64,000 nucleotides of DNA from Macrostomum hystrix (lineage: Eukaryota; Animalia; Platyhelminthes): positions 7,564,001 through 7,628,000 of the forward strand of contig CATNEN010000002.1 in NCBI GenBank assembly GCA_950097015.1. The letters run 5' to 3'. Made by a program: the position numbers and the translations under genes. This document shows positions 12,341 to 25,689 of this stretch, one piece after another (the stretch's first letter is position 1; each line of letters opens with the position of its first letter). Below the pieces are notes generated by a model. That model was not told the origin of the DNA, did not search any database, and saw only the letters and a list, made by a program, of their open reading frames with translations.

Positions 12341-12840
12341 GGCAACCATTGTGCGGCTTTGATTGCCCGCCAACAGCAATGGGGTGAAACCGTCGACTGA
12401 CCAGCAAAAGAGCAGCAAAACGCTGCTCTGGGAGCAGAAACTTGATCAGTTCGCAGAGCGAAAATCCTACCAAAGTGCGGGAAATTGGCTCGCCGCAGAC
12501 ACAAAACTTTCTGCTGCTTACTCAACAGCGAGTGCCTGCTGTGTGCTGCTCAGCAGACACTCAGACTTGAGCTGCTTCTCACACGGATTATGTGGCTGAA
12601 TTATTGAAATGTGAGTCTAAAGCTTAGTGCGCTTTGATAAAAATGTTTCTAAAATTATGCCAACCTCTGCCAACATGTGCGTGTTTGTGTCTAAAATGCA
12701 GACCCATATTGACGGATTAGCCTAGTAGGCTACCGTGCTCAACTCTGACTATCTTAAGACTGGTGCTCAACTATTTCATCCCCCAATCGGGAAGATAAAC
12801 GAGACGGATGATGATGAATTCCCACTTTGGATACTTACCT

Positions 12841-13014
12841 CTAGTTGGGAAAATTGACGGTTGCTGTGACAGCTGAGACTGGCTGCTTGCTGGGGATCTT
12901 GACGCTAGGCTTACGGGAATGGGGCACTTTTATAGCATTTGGGACTCCATTTGGATCGACGCCGCGGGCACGGGATCTCGATGGGATCAGTCGGTTTTGC
13001 CAGTCTCTCATTGG
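12841..13014 (-). promoter_or_regulatory. Probable GAD promoter and non-coding first exon
   Basis: CCAAT box in AGCCAATGAG context (13014-13010), TATAAAA (12934-12928), then GAG|GTAAGT donor at 12840 that can splice to the CAG|ATG acceptor at 11838. Confidence 0.6.
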
Positions 13015-13189
13015 CTGGCCTGGGCCTTGGAGACAATCCTAGGATAAGCCGCAGTGAGAACACGAGTGCTGATTGATGTAGCTGCTGAGCTGATCAAACC
13101 CAGTTTTGTTGATTTTTGATTTAGAACCATCAGCATTTTGTAACAGACACCTGCTTTGCAGTCGATTCTATTATAATCTGCTTACAGTG

Positions 13190-13470
13190 CCTTCATCAGT
13201 CTCTTCACAGTGTCTGGCAGTCTACTTACAGTGTCTGTCAGTATACTTACAGTGTCTGGCAGTCTACTTACAGTGTCTGGCAGTCTACTTACAGTGTCTT
13301 TCAGTCTACTTACAGTGTCTGTCAGTCTACTTACAGTGTCTATTAAGTCTACTTACAGTGCTTGTCAGTTTATTCAAAGTGTCTGTCAGTCTATTTATAT
13401 TGTCTGTTAGTCTACTTACAGTGTCTGTTAAAGTGTCTATTAAGTCTACTTACAGTGTCTGTCAGTCTAC
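13190..13470. repeat. 21-bp minisatellite (GTCTACTTACAGTGTCTG(T/G)CA)
   Basis: Direct reading; 7-aa periodicity in ORFs. Confidence 0.9.
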
Positions 13471-14317
13471 TTATCGTAGATAAACTGTTATGCACAGAAT
13501 GGTCATGCACAGAAAGGTAATTGAAAAGTGTTCACTGAGCCAAAATGCGAAAAGTTACAAGATAAGCTCAAAGCTACGATCAGTTTAATGACCCTCTGAG
13601 TTAGTGAAACAATTGAATGAAACCTTGACAGAAAAAAACAGAAGAGATAAATAATCGCTAAGCACAGTGGCTCAATGAGAAATCTATTTTTGTTGACTAG
13701 CTTGTAAACTGTGGGCTCTGAGTTCGACAACTCCAATTTGAGCACAATTTTACGTCTCTTTGTTGCCTATTCTGAATTGAGTCTGTTTTTGAATTGCCTT
13801 CTTGTGTCTGAGCGAACAATAACGAATTATAGTGAATAGTCAAGTTGTTTATCTTGGGTTTCGAAATAAACAGTCTTAATTGCCTCTTCTGTTTATGATT
13901 CTCATTGTGCTGCACCGGCAAGGGCTTTCTCCTGTATATTTTACCCGTTCAGATGACAAAAATTTCGATCAGTTTTGTCTGAAAGCTGTCAGCCTTCAAC
14001 CCACTACTCGCCATGGTAAGTAGGATGGAGAGGAACCGATTGAAAAAAATTAGACAAAAAATAATTTGGTTGGTGGTTTTGACCAGACGGACCATTAGTT
14101 GAAGACTGGGTTATTATAAATTTCATTGAATGACCATAAAATTTTGATGCGATATAATGACTAAATTCAAAATTAATGACCAAAGCTAGAGTTAGTGCGA
14201 TGAACAAGCTCTCTGAATCACAAAAATAGGTGGATCTAACGTGATGACCGAATCTTAAAGAATGCTCAAAGCTAGACCTGGTAGTTTTTTAAATAAAAAA
14301 GAAATACACCTGCCCGA

Positions 14318-14585
14318 TCGGGCCAGATGTGCAGCCGACAGCGCAGCCGCAGCTATTGCGCGGCACATCAGAAGGCTGCGTACAGCTGTTCAGTCCATGG
14401 ACTGGGGGGGACGCCACACCCCCTCAATTACCCCAGATGATGCTGGTACCCATTTAACAGCTGGCTGAACTGAAGCAACGCAGAGTTAAGTTGCTAAAAG
14501 ACGCAATTTTTTTCGGTGGAGTCGGGAATCGAACCCCCGACCTTTAAGTCGTGATAGACCCCCTAGGGTGATAGAGCCAAAACTA
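14318..14585 (-). mobile_element. tRNA-derived SINE family B with CORE-like central domain
   Basis: B box GGTTCGATTCC near 14535-14525; AACTTAACTCTGCGTTGCTTCAGTTCAGCCAGCTGTTAAATGGGTACC resembles CORE from memory; 3' GTCCATGGACTGAACAGCTGTAC shared with 7090, 9423, 11930, 20165. Confidence 0.65.
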
Positions 14586-15520
14586 TTGCCAGATTTCAAA
14601 CTTTTTCTCGCGCACCACCAGCGTCTAAGGACAGGACCGAAGTGACTCAGTTTGAGTTCTACTCAACAAAGCAAATACCAAAGTACGGAAGGGAGTTTAA
14701 CAGCCGGTGTGTCAGGTAAGATATCTCTGAGCGTTCCATCCTGCTGTCAGCCGGGTATCCTATAGTTGAATAGGTCTGTCACAAAAAAATTAGAATTGAA
14801 CGCCTCCGATCAAAGGATCCGCAGAAGTCCAATACAATGGACTGGCAAAGCAAACTTCATGAAAGTGGAGACAAGATTCATGAGCAACTCTGCGCTGAAC
14901 CATGAGTGCCTGAGTTTATGAAATTCGTACAGCAGCTTCGCCTGTAATCTCTGAGTCAACACAGGGAGAGACGGAAGCGGGGCAGACTGTGTGGGCCGCA
15001 CAGAGTCGGACTCGGCGCCTCATCAACTGCGCCAGAGCCTGATGCTGCTGCCGCTGCTGTTGCTATAGACGAATATAAAACTGAGCAGAGAGGTAGGGAG
15101 AGCGAGCCAAGAGAAACGCAGAGAAAAATGAAGGCAAAAAATGACGGGGAGTATGCATAAAAGGCCCTCCCCAAAACTCTCTTTGCTTTTGTCAGTCGGT
15201 GGGTAAACCTCTGTGTGTGCCTACTTTGGTATGGCGATAGAGAGAGAGAGACTAGGGAGATGCGGACTGGCCTGGGACCGGTGGAAATTCTAGAGGAAAT
15301 GACGGTTGCTGTGCCCCCACCCACCCAGTCTCCAGTTATAAGCGCGAGCAGCGGTCAGGCAAGACGGAGCAGGAGGAGTGAGCCAGCCGGAAGTTGAGGC
15401 CAGACTCAAGCACTCACAGGGCTGAGCAGCTCCTTACAGTTGCCAGTTCCCATTCTCTCGCACTCTCAGCTTTCTCCCCTGGTCAGTCATAGAGAGCTCC
15501 CCAATTGACTTCATCGCGGC

Positions 15521-18500
15521 ATGCCAACGTCATCGTCACAGCAGCAGCATCAGCAGCAGCATCAGCAGCAGCATCAGCAGCAGCACGCGCTGAGACATTC
15601 TCGCAGGCGATCGGCCAGTGCGTCAGGGCCAGGTTTGGCTGGCGCCATCTATCGTGGCTGCTTCAACAAGGCGCGACACCTGCTAATGAACGACGACTCT
15701 TCGTCGCTGCTAGTCGACGAACCGGAGCCGTTGGACGGTCGAACTCCGCTCATTCTATGCGCCCTGATTCGCGACCCGGCCTGGTCCTGCAGCCTGGCCC
15801 GTCAGCTGCTCGAGCGTGGCGCCAGGGTGGGCGCCAAGGACCGGCGCCACGGCATGAATGCGCTGCATTACGCGTGCGCCTGCGGTAAAGTGCAGCTGGC
15901 CAGGCTGTTCCTGCAGGCCATAGACTATCGGGTGAGAGTGCAAGCCAATCCCAAGGACCACTAGAAGAAGAAGGACGGGACACTTAGTTTCTTGGAAAAT
16001 TTATTCAAGGCAGATTTTCACGGAAAAATGCACTAGCGATATAGGGACTTGCACTGTTCTTTTCATATATCTTGCAAAACATGTTGCTTCAACGAATTTT
16101 AGAAAGCTTCATTCATAAATAATTTATCTTCATTTTATTTTCATTTATTTATCATGTAAGGGAGAAGTTCCTATCACGCTAGTTCACTCTTCTGTAAAAA
16201 TTTGCCTTTAATACATTTTCCCTGAAACGAAGTGTCCGTCCTTCTTCTAGTCTTCTGTCCTTCGCGAAGCCAAGCTTTCCAGGATACAGTTTGCACTGGT
16301 TTCTAGAAATCCTGTAAACAGAAAAGCAGGCAGGGCCTGAGAAGCAGAGAAGCGCATAGATGGCCTGGACATCAATCATTGTCCAGTTATGAAACCAACC
16401 GATTAATGGAGTGTGTACTCCGCCAGACGTTAAAGATTTGAGTTGCTACGCATAGAAGATGGTCGTTTAACAAACCAGAAATTCTCCAAGGATAATATGT
16501 GAAATTTTTGGATTGTGAGAGCGCTCTCGTGGAATCAGGCCAGTTTCTTGGAAAATTATTATTTTTATCAAAAAATCACACAGCTTGACGCGCCTGATCG
16601 CCATGGAAACACGGCGCTTCACTACGCCGTTCTGTCTCCAAACAACAGTGAGCAGCTCATCAGAATGTTGTCTTCGGTCCTGCATCGATACCAGCTGCCA
16701 ACAGCGGCGCCGAATCGAGCTGGTCTGACGCCGCTTTCGTTGGCTCAACTCTGCGAGCGTCGGGAAGCGGTGCGCGCCCTGCTGGAGTTCGCGGAACCGC
16801 CGGTTGCTAATCGAACAACTACCCCGGGTGAGCAGGGGATCATGGTAGAACAACTACCCCGGGTGAGTAGGGGATCATGGTAGAACAACTACCCCGGGTG
16901 AGCAGGGGATCATGGTAGAACAACTACCCCGGGTGAGTAGGGGATCATGGTAGAAAAACTACCCCGGGTGAGTAGGGGATCAGGGTAGAACAACTACCCC
17001 GGGTGAGCAGGGGATCATGGTAGAACAACTACCCCGGGTGAGAAGGGGATCAGGGTAGAACAACAACCCCGGGGAGTAGGGGATCAGGATGTTCCTTTTG
17101 CTAGAGGGCCTCGTTAACTTCTCAAGTTGGTGAGTTAGGACGTTAGGACAAACTATAGTGAGACAAAAATCTTGATATCTGACTCGATATTATCAGAAAC
17201 TGGCAGCTTATCCTGTTTGGTTTCTCTGTTATCACAGGTGGTACCAATGGCTACGTCAACTCTGTCGCAGCCCTCGCTCTAATGTACCGACCATGCGAGT
17301 CAGATTTCATCGCCACCGCCGGCGCGCCGCCAGACCAACAGGCTCTCGACGTAGCCGAGCTGTTTCGACAGCAGACTGTCTCTGACAGAGCCAGCACTGG
17401 TGAGGCTCTCTAAAAACTATGTGCTTTGTGTGTTTGGTGGTTGTTTTGCGCTACTTATGCTTCCTGGCTGAGGCTCCCAACGATAATTTAACTCCAGCTA
17501 AGGCTCCCTGCGACGATTATGGTCGAGTTTTTACTTTTGAGGCTCTCTACGACGATTATAGTCGAGTTTTTATTTTTGAGGCTCACTACGACGATCATGG
17601 TCGAGTTTTTAGTTTTGAGGCTCTCTACGACGATCATGGTAGCTTTTTGAGGCTCTCTACGATGAGCAAGCCTATGTTTAGGTGTGTTCATAATTAACTG
17701 ACAAAATGTATAATAGACGCATAAACTCATGTAAATTATGTCAATGAGTTGACAAACACATTGAGATTAAGAAAGAGGTCAAACACAAAAATTTTGTTTA
17801 CTCACAAAACTCAAGTTGAGCAATGCAGTTGAACTGTTCGCAAATTTTAGCCAAGGTTTTTACTTGCTTCCACAATGAAGTTTATATTGCGATGCTCTGC
17901 TTGTCGGCTTGCATCGCATGCCGGCGGTGACCATGAATTAGTTTAATACAATTATATTCCATTTCGCTGGCTATAATTTAATGTACCGTACTTGAAAAAC
18001 ACAATAAAATAATAAAGACAAAACTCTTATTAAGACACTTACACATATACTCTTAAAATTTGCTGCCAAATTTACTAGGTAATATTCTAACTCGTCGAAC
18101 AATAAGCAATAATTTTAGTCGGAATTTGCTCTCCTTATCCTGATAGCCAAGACAAGACATCTTATAGCATTGTGCAGAGCAGTATTATGTCGTTTAATTT
18201 ATGTTCGCTTCGCTCTCTTGAAACAATTGTTAAAGCCTAATTTAAACAGAACTTTTGTGGGGCTTGCGCTAGAAATCTAAATTTCTGAGTGCCTTAGAAA
18301 TAGCAATGTGAGCAGGATGTACTCAACCCACGTTTGAGACCTGCATGTGTTCTTACTGGCCGAACCGACTGAATAGATGCATTTTTTGAGAATCGGGGTG
18401 CTTTGACCACTGCCTACTTCACTGCTGCTCCCAAACCGAGTGACCGACTTTCGTGAAAGTACACCATATGGATCAAAGTTTTCCGCCCTTTTTACGATGA

Positions 18501-19099
18501 ACCAAACTTCAATGCCATCCGACATCAGCATCGTCGAGATAATCAGCGATTCTTGTCAAAGACCCTGGTGACAAGGACAGCTGACATTGCTTTGCATAAA
18601 CCTATGTGGCAAATTCGCTTCTTTCACCTTTCTGCTCTCAGCAGCTGCTCGAATTGCCAGCGGCGCGAACCGGAGCCGGTGCGTCAGCGCCAAGCGCGAC
18701 ATTCCGCGCCTGTTTAGCAACTACGAGTTCCACTGCTCGCCCCTGTACCGGCCACCACCGCGAGTTCCAGATCCGAGACTGTACGCCACCGACTACTTCC
18801 TGCGATTCCAGCCACCCCCGCCGCCGCCGCTGGCCCAGCAGGCTGGCAGGGCCGGCGAGTTGGCAGCCGGAGACGGCGCGAGCGGCGTTGGCGACGACGT
18901 TGGGGTCGGTGGCCGGAGGCGACGCGATGGAACGACCGGCTCCAGACGCTCGAAAAGAACGTCGACAGCCACGGCTGCATCGCTGAACACAATGAACGGC
19001 AGCGGAGGTGGCGCTGCTCCAGGTGGAGAGGTCGGAAGTTCGAGTCGGCGACGTCCAGGAAGAATTAGCCGCGTGGCTTTCAATAGAGAAGATTCGTAG
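15521..19099 (+). CDS. Ankyrin-repeat protein, ANKRD63/ANKRD34-like, 4 coding exons
   Basis: Exons 15521-15931, 16584-16827, 17238-17399, 18642-19099 with consistent GT-AG phases; ankyrin motifs GRTPLILCA, GMNALHYAC, GNTALHYAV, NRAGLTPLSLA. Confidence 0.8.
16812..17087 (+). repeat. 35-bp minisatellite spanning the exon 2 / intron 2 junction of the ankyrin gene
   Basis: Unit GAACAACTACCCCGGGTGAG(C/T)AGGGGATCATGGTA at 16813, 16848...; first unit supplies the donor at 16828. Confidence 0.95.
17510..17665. repeat. 39-bp intronic repeat, about 4 copies
   Basis: 13-aa periodicity (VFTFEALYDDYSR). Confidence 0.85.
18450..18573. mobile_element. Second copy of the dispersed repeat at 8560-8682
   Basis: Shared end TTGTCAAAGACCCTGGTGACA and collinear upstream similarity. 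Confidence 0.5.
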
Positions 19100-20129
19100 A
19101 TTATTCTGGTGCACTGTGGGAGTTAAACTGTGGAAATGGCTTCAATTCCTAAAGAATTTTTAAGAAAAGTGCACATAAATGATTCGGACGTTATCGGACA
19201 AAAAATGAATTCCAAGAAAACATTCTAACACACATTTATATTCAGAAAAAAATGCAAGACACCTGAACTTTCCTAGAAATATGACGCTTCCAAGAAATTT
19301 TGAGCAGTAAAACTAAATAAGTCATTGTTAGTAACGACTTCATAGAACTTGCAATATATTTATCCCACAGATTTCTCAGCTTTATTGTCGCAGAGAAAAT
19401 CGCTTCAATAATTTGGCCAGAGTTGAGTATGAACGCATGTCGATAAACTCCTTTCATGAAGCACAAATATATTTTTTTGAAAAGTTTTCTTTTGAAAACA
19501 ACGGAAGTGAAAGCGTTAATTTTTTCTTGAATTAAAAGGCACAAGTGTATTGTCGAGAAGCTTTTATTTTGCTATTTAAAACTTTCAAAACATATATAAA
19601 ATATGACCACGAAGGCAAATGAAAAACATTCATCTGGATAATGAAGGACAAATTAGTTTAGTTACAGGCTAAAAGATTCACCATTTTCTGAAATGAAACA
19701 ATAAGTTATAAAACTATCTAATAATTTAGAAATATAAAAGTACACTCGATGGTGAAGAAATGTTTAAAAAATCACAGTAATCAAAATGGAATTTCGTTTG
19801 CATAGCTCCGACTGCATGAGCATCTTGAAGAGATAAGTGAGTACAAAAACTCTGGAATGCTTAAACAAAATTATGATAGACAAACGAACAGTAACTGCCA
19901 ACTGCTTTCTGAAAGACAAGAGCCAAAGTCCCAATATTAAAAGCGATTATCAATAAATTATTATCAAATTCTATAAAAAATTAACATTACAGATTTACTA
20001 ACAAACAGAACAGAAATTTTTGTGTCAAGACTGCAGAAATAGTTATAAATCAGCTATTAACAGGAAATTAAATCAAATTAACAGGAAAAATAATTAAAAT
20101 AATTATTGACAAAAATTCATTACACCTGC

Positions 20130-20440
20130 AGCCGACGCATCTGAATTAAGACGGTATTCGTACGGCTGTTCAGTCCATGGACTGGGGGACGCCACACCCA
20201 CCCTGATTTAACCCAGCTAACGCTGGTACAAGGCCAACCTTCTAGTGTAAGTGTTAGTGTACACTGCCTGACAATTAGAAAGTCAGGTCAGATGTACACA
20301 TGTGTGCCTGAGTACGGTATCTGTGTGCGTGTGTGCTCAGGATTCAGCGAAATGGGCAGAATCGCATCTTCGCTAGCTTTAGGTCTAGTGTCACCGAATG
20401 ATGTGCCATTGCCCGCAGCCCTCCTGTAATTATTATGATT
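20130..20440. mobile_element. Adjacent SINE fragments: family B (minus, 20130-20228) and family A (plus, 20228-20440)
   Basis: CTGTTCAGTCCATGGACTGGGGGACGCCACACC; CAGATGTACACATGTGTG...TTGCCCGCAGCCCTCCTGTAATTATTA. Confidence 0.75.
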
Positions 20441-20547
20441 ATTAGTATTATTGTGTAAGATAAAGTGCTGGTGCAAAACAAGGTCAATTAGGGTAGAGAT
20501 GACCGGTTGCTAAGCAACTATGTACAGCTAGCAGCTCCGCCTTCAGC

Positions 20548-23500
20548 TCAGTACCGGTCATTGGCCGGCCTGAGCCCGACCGAGTTAGCGCGCTCCTCCT
20601 CGCCCTCTGCCAGCCTCTGCTGCTGCTGCTGATGCTTGGAAGGCTGCCGCAGCTGCGACTCGTCGTTGTCCTCCTCGTTTTGAAAGCGCGAAAATGTCAG
20701 CGTGGAAGTGTCAACCATGCCGCCCTGGCCCCCGTCTGCCTCGGCGATGTACACCTGCACGGAGCTCTCCGTGGGGCGGCCACGGCTGCGGATCCGTTGC
20801 TGGGATGGCGGGGTTGGTGTCATGTATTTGATTGGTTCAGACAAGGGCAAAATTATTAACACCCAACAAGTCTTCAAATCATCCCTAGTTAATTACTCGT
20901 ACCTCCAATCCCTAGCTCATTACCTCCCATCCCTAGCTCATTACCTCCCATCCCTAGCTCATTACCTCCAATCCCTAGCTCATTACCTACTAGCCCTAGC
21001 TCATTACCCTCCAATCCCTAGCTCATTACCCCCAATCCCTAGCTCATTACCCTCCAATCCATAGCTCATTACCTTCAATCCCTAGCTCATCACCTCCAAT
21101 CCCTAGCTCATTACCTCCAATCCCTAGCTAATTATCTCCGATCCCTAGCTAATTATCTCCGATCCCTAGCTAATTATCTCCGATCCCTAGCTCATTACAT
21201 CTAATCCCTAGCTCATTACCTCCAATCCCTAGCTCATTACCTCCAATCCCTAGCTAATTATCTCCGATCCCTAGCTCATTATCTCCAATCCCTAGCTAAT
21301 TATCTCCGATCCCTAGCTCATTATCTCCGATCCCTAGCTCATTATATCTAATCCCTAGCTAATTACCTCCAATCCCTAGCTAATTACCTCCAATCCCTAG
21401 CTAATTACCTCCAATCCCTAGCTAATTACCTCCAATCCCTAGCTAATTACCTCCAATCCCTAGCTAATTACCTCCAATCCCTAGCTAATTACCTCCAATC
21501 CCTAGCTAATTATCTCCGATCCCTAGCTCATTACATCTAATCCCTAGCTAATTACCTCCAATCACTAGCTAATTACCTCCAATCCCTAGCTAATTACCTC
21601 CAATCCCTAGCTAATTACCTCCAATCCCTAGCTAATTACCTCCAATCCCTAGCTAATTACCTCCAATCCCTAGCTAATTACCTCCAATCCAACTCTGCAC
21701 ACAGAGCTCATTATGCGACAGTCGAAGTTGTTTTTACAATAATCCGAAATATTAAAAAACTCCTACTTGACTACTGCAAGTAGACTAACAGCAAATGAAA
21801 TGTTAAACAGAGCAACAGCGTACCATGATAAAGGTGGGCGTGACCTTCTTTCTGACGGCCGGATTAACGTAAAACAGAATGAAGTTGATGGTGCCTGGGG
21901 TTGAATCGGAATATTTTCGTTAGCCAAACAAAAGTGGAAAGCTTTTTGCAATGCAATACAGCCGTGCTGGAACGCACCAATCAGAGGAGAGCTGACGGAG
22001 CTAAGCAAATACAGCGGGTAGCTGGGCTCGGCCGAGGCCGCGTTGTTAATCCGGTTGATGAAGGGCAGCACATTTAGCGCCAGGAAGATGCAGGGATAAG
22101 CCAGCAGCGGGTAGAGCTGCTCCTGCAGCTGGGCAGCAGCCGAAGCCGCCGCAGCCGCCGAGTCTTCGCCGTACATGCCGGACCAGGCAGATGAACGACG
22201 ACGAATTCTCGTCAGGATGACGACATAGACAGCCAGGATTACGAGCAGCAGGATGAGGACGGGCACGAACCAGACAGCCATGCGCCACGCCGTGTCGGTT
22301 ATCCAGCACCAGGCGCCGGCCGGGCCGTAGGCCGAACCGGCGAAGGGCAAAGCGGCAGGCAGGGTGGGCAGGAGGAAGCCAGCGACGCAGTATAACCTGC
22401 GAGCGTTGCGGAGACATGAAAACTGGTCGAATTGCTGACGACCTCTATTTTGGTCTTATGGGTCTTCTGCCGCCACTCGTTTATCGTTATCTAGGTAATA
22501 CTTCCTCTATTTATAGCTGGGGTCGGCAAAAAAAGCTAGCGGCCGCATTGACTGCAGAAATATAAGATAAGGGGAGAGATGAGACACGGGAGAGATGAGA
22601 CAGATGAGAGATGAGACATGGGAGAAATAAGACGGGAGAGATGAGACAGGGTAGAGATGAGACAGGGGAGAGATGAGACACGGGAGATACGAGACCGAGG
22701 AGAGAGGTGAGACAGGGGAGAGATGAGACAGGGGAGAGATGAGACAGGGGAGAGATGAGACAGGGGAGAGATGAGACAGGGGAGAGATGAGACAGGGGAG
22801 AGATGAGACAGGGAAAGAGATGAGACAGGGAAATAGATGAGACAGGGTAGAGATGAGACAGGGGAGAGATGAGACACGGGAGAGATGAGACACAGGAGAG
22901 ATGAGACACGGAGAGATGAGACACGGAGAGATGAGACCGAGGAGAGATGAGAAAGGGAAGAGATGAGGCAGGGGAAGAGATGAGACACGGGAGAGATGAG
23001 ACAGGTGGAGAGATGAGGCAGGGAAGAGATGAGACACGGAGAGATGAGACCGAGGAGAGATGAGAAAGGGAAGAGATGAGGCAGGGGAAGAGATGAGACA
23101 CGGGAGAGATGAGACAGGTGGAGAGATGAGGCAGGGAAGAGATGAGACACGGGAGAGACGAGACCGAGGAGAGATGAGAAAGGGGAAAGATACTATAGGT
23201 GTCGGAAGGGGTAACGGGCCGGATTTGGGATCTTCGATGGTCACATTTCGCTCTCGGGCCGGAGTTCGCCTACCCCTGATTTATAGACTATTTTCAGCTT
23301 TACCCACTAGAAAAGAAAGCTACATCGCGCACTACTGAAAGTAGCATTCTCTTTCATGAATAGAGTTGGAAGTGTGACTTAGCTGTTAGCACGTTCCAAT
23401 TTTACGGACCAAGTGAGGTTCTTTAGGCTTGCCCCTGCAGTAAAAATACTGTGCTGATGACGCTCTTACTAAGCGCCCTCTCAACCCAAGCTGTGAGTTA

Positions 23501-24157
23501 AATTTAGTTCAAGTCGTGAGTGTCCGAAAAGCAGATCAGGCGGCCCTGCGAGACGCGCGGAAACCTCAATTGCAAGCTGCAGCTTGACTTGGCAACTCTT
23601 GCAAGGTGCTTGAAAAGTTTATTTACCTACCGAGACTTGTGCAATGAGTTTGCTTACCTTCAAATTATTTAGGTAATGTAGTAAGCACAATCTCAGTTCA
23701 TAACGTACCATTCGAATCTATCTGTCTTGATTGACTTCACAGTTAGCAGAAACAAATAGATGGTGATGAACATAATCCACAACACCACATTCCAGTCTGA
23801 AAAAATGGGTTTGATAAATGCATGAAAGAATTACTTAATAGTTAGCTAGCTAAAGTTAAACAATTCGTGACAGATTTTTATTTATTTCACCTGAATAGGT
23901 CAACCAAAATCCCTCAAATTGGCATGTTGCACTGGCTTCTTGGGGCCCACCCTGCAATTAAATCATGGTAAACAACAAGTTTGGGGTGAGCTATATAATA
24001 GCTAGCTAGCTATATTAGACACCAACTACTAACATGAATACTCACTAGTAGGTAGATAATGCAGTCAAATAGTGTGGCCACTGTCAGGTATGTGATGAGA
24101 CGATAGACAAACACTTCATAAAATTTGAAGAGCCAAATCATGAATAACATCAATAGG
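20548..24157 (-). CDS. 7TM receptor of the GPR157 / cAMP-receptor-like family (5' exon not located)
   Basis: Exons 24157-24046, 23950-23891, 23796-23709, 22396-21978, 21894-21824, 20799-20548; YRLITYLTVATLFD, CQFEGFWLTYSDW, YGPAGAWCWI, PLLAYPCIFL, SPLIGTINFILFY; one phase conflict at 24046/23950. Confidence 0.8.
20880..21690. repeat. 21-bp intronic minisatellite (CCCTAGCTAATTACCTCCAAT)
   Basis: Direct reading; fills most of the last GPCR intron. Confidence 0.96.
22565..23190. repeat. Purine-rich variable repeat (GAGAGATGAGACAGGG-type) in GPCR intron
   Basis: Direct reading; polypyrimidine on the sense strand. Confidence 0.93.
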
Positions 24158-25689
24158 CTACAAAAATGGAATTTAAGTAAGTCATGATGATGCATTCTTG
24201 AAGGCCAGTTTATACTAAAAAATAAGTCTGGGAAATAAAATTTATTGCACAGCTTACCAGAATATGACTGACAATGAAGCATTAACCCTTTTGATAGCAA
24301 TAATTGTCTCCTGTACAAAATGTTTTTATAGTACAATATTAAAGTTTCAGCAAATAGTGCTATCTAAATGCTAATTTCATTGCATACCAATAAAAGAATA
24401 TAAGTGCCTTGTTTTTTCATAAGTTCTAGTTACAGGGGATTGCTTCCTTTATTAGCTATAGACTTTTAATTACATTAGCTATACTTAGTATACTATAACC
24501 ATGAAATGTAATAGCCAGAGTGTGTTGAATTGCAGAAAAATTTTTGCAGTACCTGGGAAGTGATTAAGTTCAAGCAGTTATACAAACAAAGAAAAAATGA
24601 CAACTTTATAATCCACTCACGCATTTTTGTGGTTCTAAAGGGAAAAGCAGGCATGTGTTGTTCTCCATCTCCATGTAGAGATTGCAGTTGACAGGCTATC
24701 GTTCAGAATGCAGAAATAGAACTTAAGTAATTGAAAACAATATTGGCCACAGCAAGTTAATTCAGTTATGACAAATAGGATTAAACGAAAATGGGGCCAA
24801 CAAACTACAGTACACTACTACTCGGCCATGAATTAAAATTATAAAATTCCCGCACAAAATCGCGAAGTCAAAAGCATGCAAAATGCCAAACAGACAGAAA
24901 AACAAATAGCATAGCTTTAAGCATAAAATAAGTACTAATTTTCTTGCTAAAGCCTACATAATTGTGATATAATAAATTAAAATTAAAGTAAAATATTGAG
25001 AATGCTGGATCAAGCCCTTTTGCAAAAATGTGCTGCCAAAATGTTGTTCGCAATGCTCTAATTAATCTTTCTTTAAAATACAGTTAGAAAGTCTTGATTA
25101 GATATAGCAATGACCAAAAAAAATTTAACAACCATAGAAAATACTCAAAGACGATGAAAACTACAGGAAGCAAGAGTCCCTTTTCACAAAGTTATCCTAA
25201 AATGCTCAATCCTAAAACACTGATGTGAGTCTAACTTGTTCAATCCAACAATTTTGATGCGTCTCACCTGTTCGATATATACTTGAAATTTTTAATAATA
25301 ATTGTAGCGAATTCAAAGTTAGACAGCTGCTGCTGCTGCTGCTGCTGCGCTTACAGCAAGCTTCAATGCTCTGACTTCAATGTTCAATGTGACCTGCGGC
25401 CTAGCTGCAAAATTAGCTTCTTTGGACAGGTGTTGGGTAAGCATCCGGCTTGAGGCAGATTTTGTTGAGTTTCAGAATGGCAAATTCAATAAAGCAGTTA
25501 ACAGGTAAAGTCAAAGCGGGTAAGATACTTTTCTATTTTATTCAGTCGTGAACAGAGATTTGTAATAATTCAATTACGTATTTAACAGTAAACTTGACAG
25601 ATTTTCAGACATAATTTCTCGATATTTCCTAATCTCCTTAAAAATTCTGTTTTTTTTGTCAGCCGCACTTCATACAAGTACAACGACTA

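Noticed and set aside
20506-20518. X-box-like palindrome GTTGCTAAGCAAC
   Set aside because: A single short motif located 3' of the GPCR stop, with no supporting context
22430-22560. Possible extra GPCR exon (AVNAAASFF)
   Set aside because: Stops in all frames, wrong position for TM7, and the real TM7 exon is at 21894-21824
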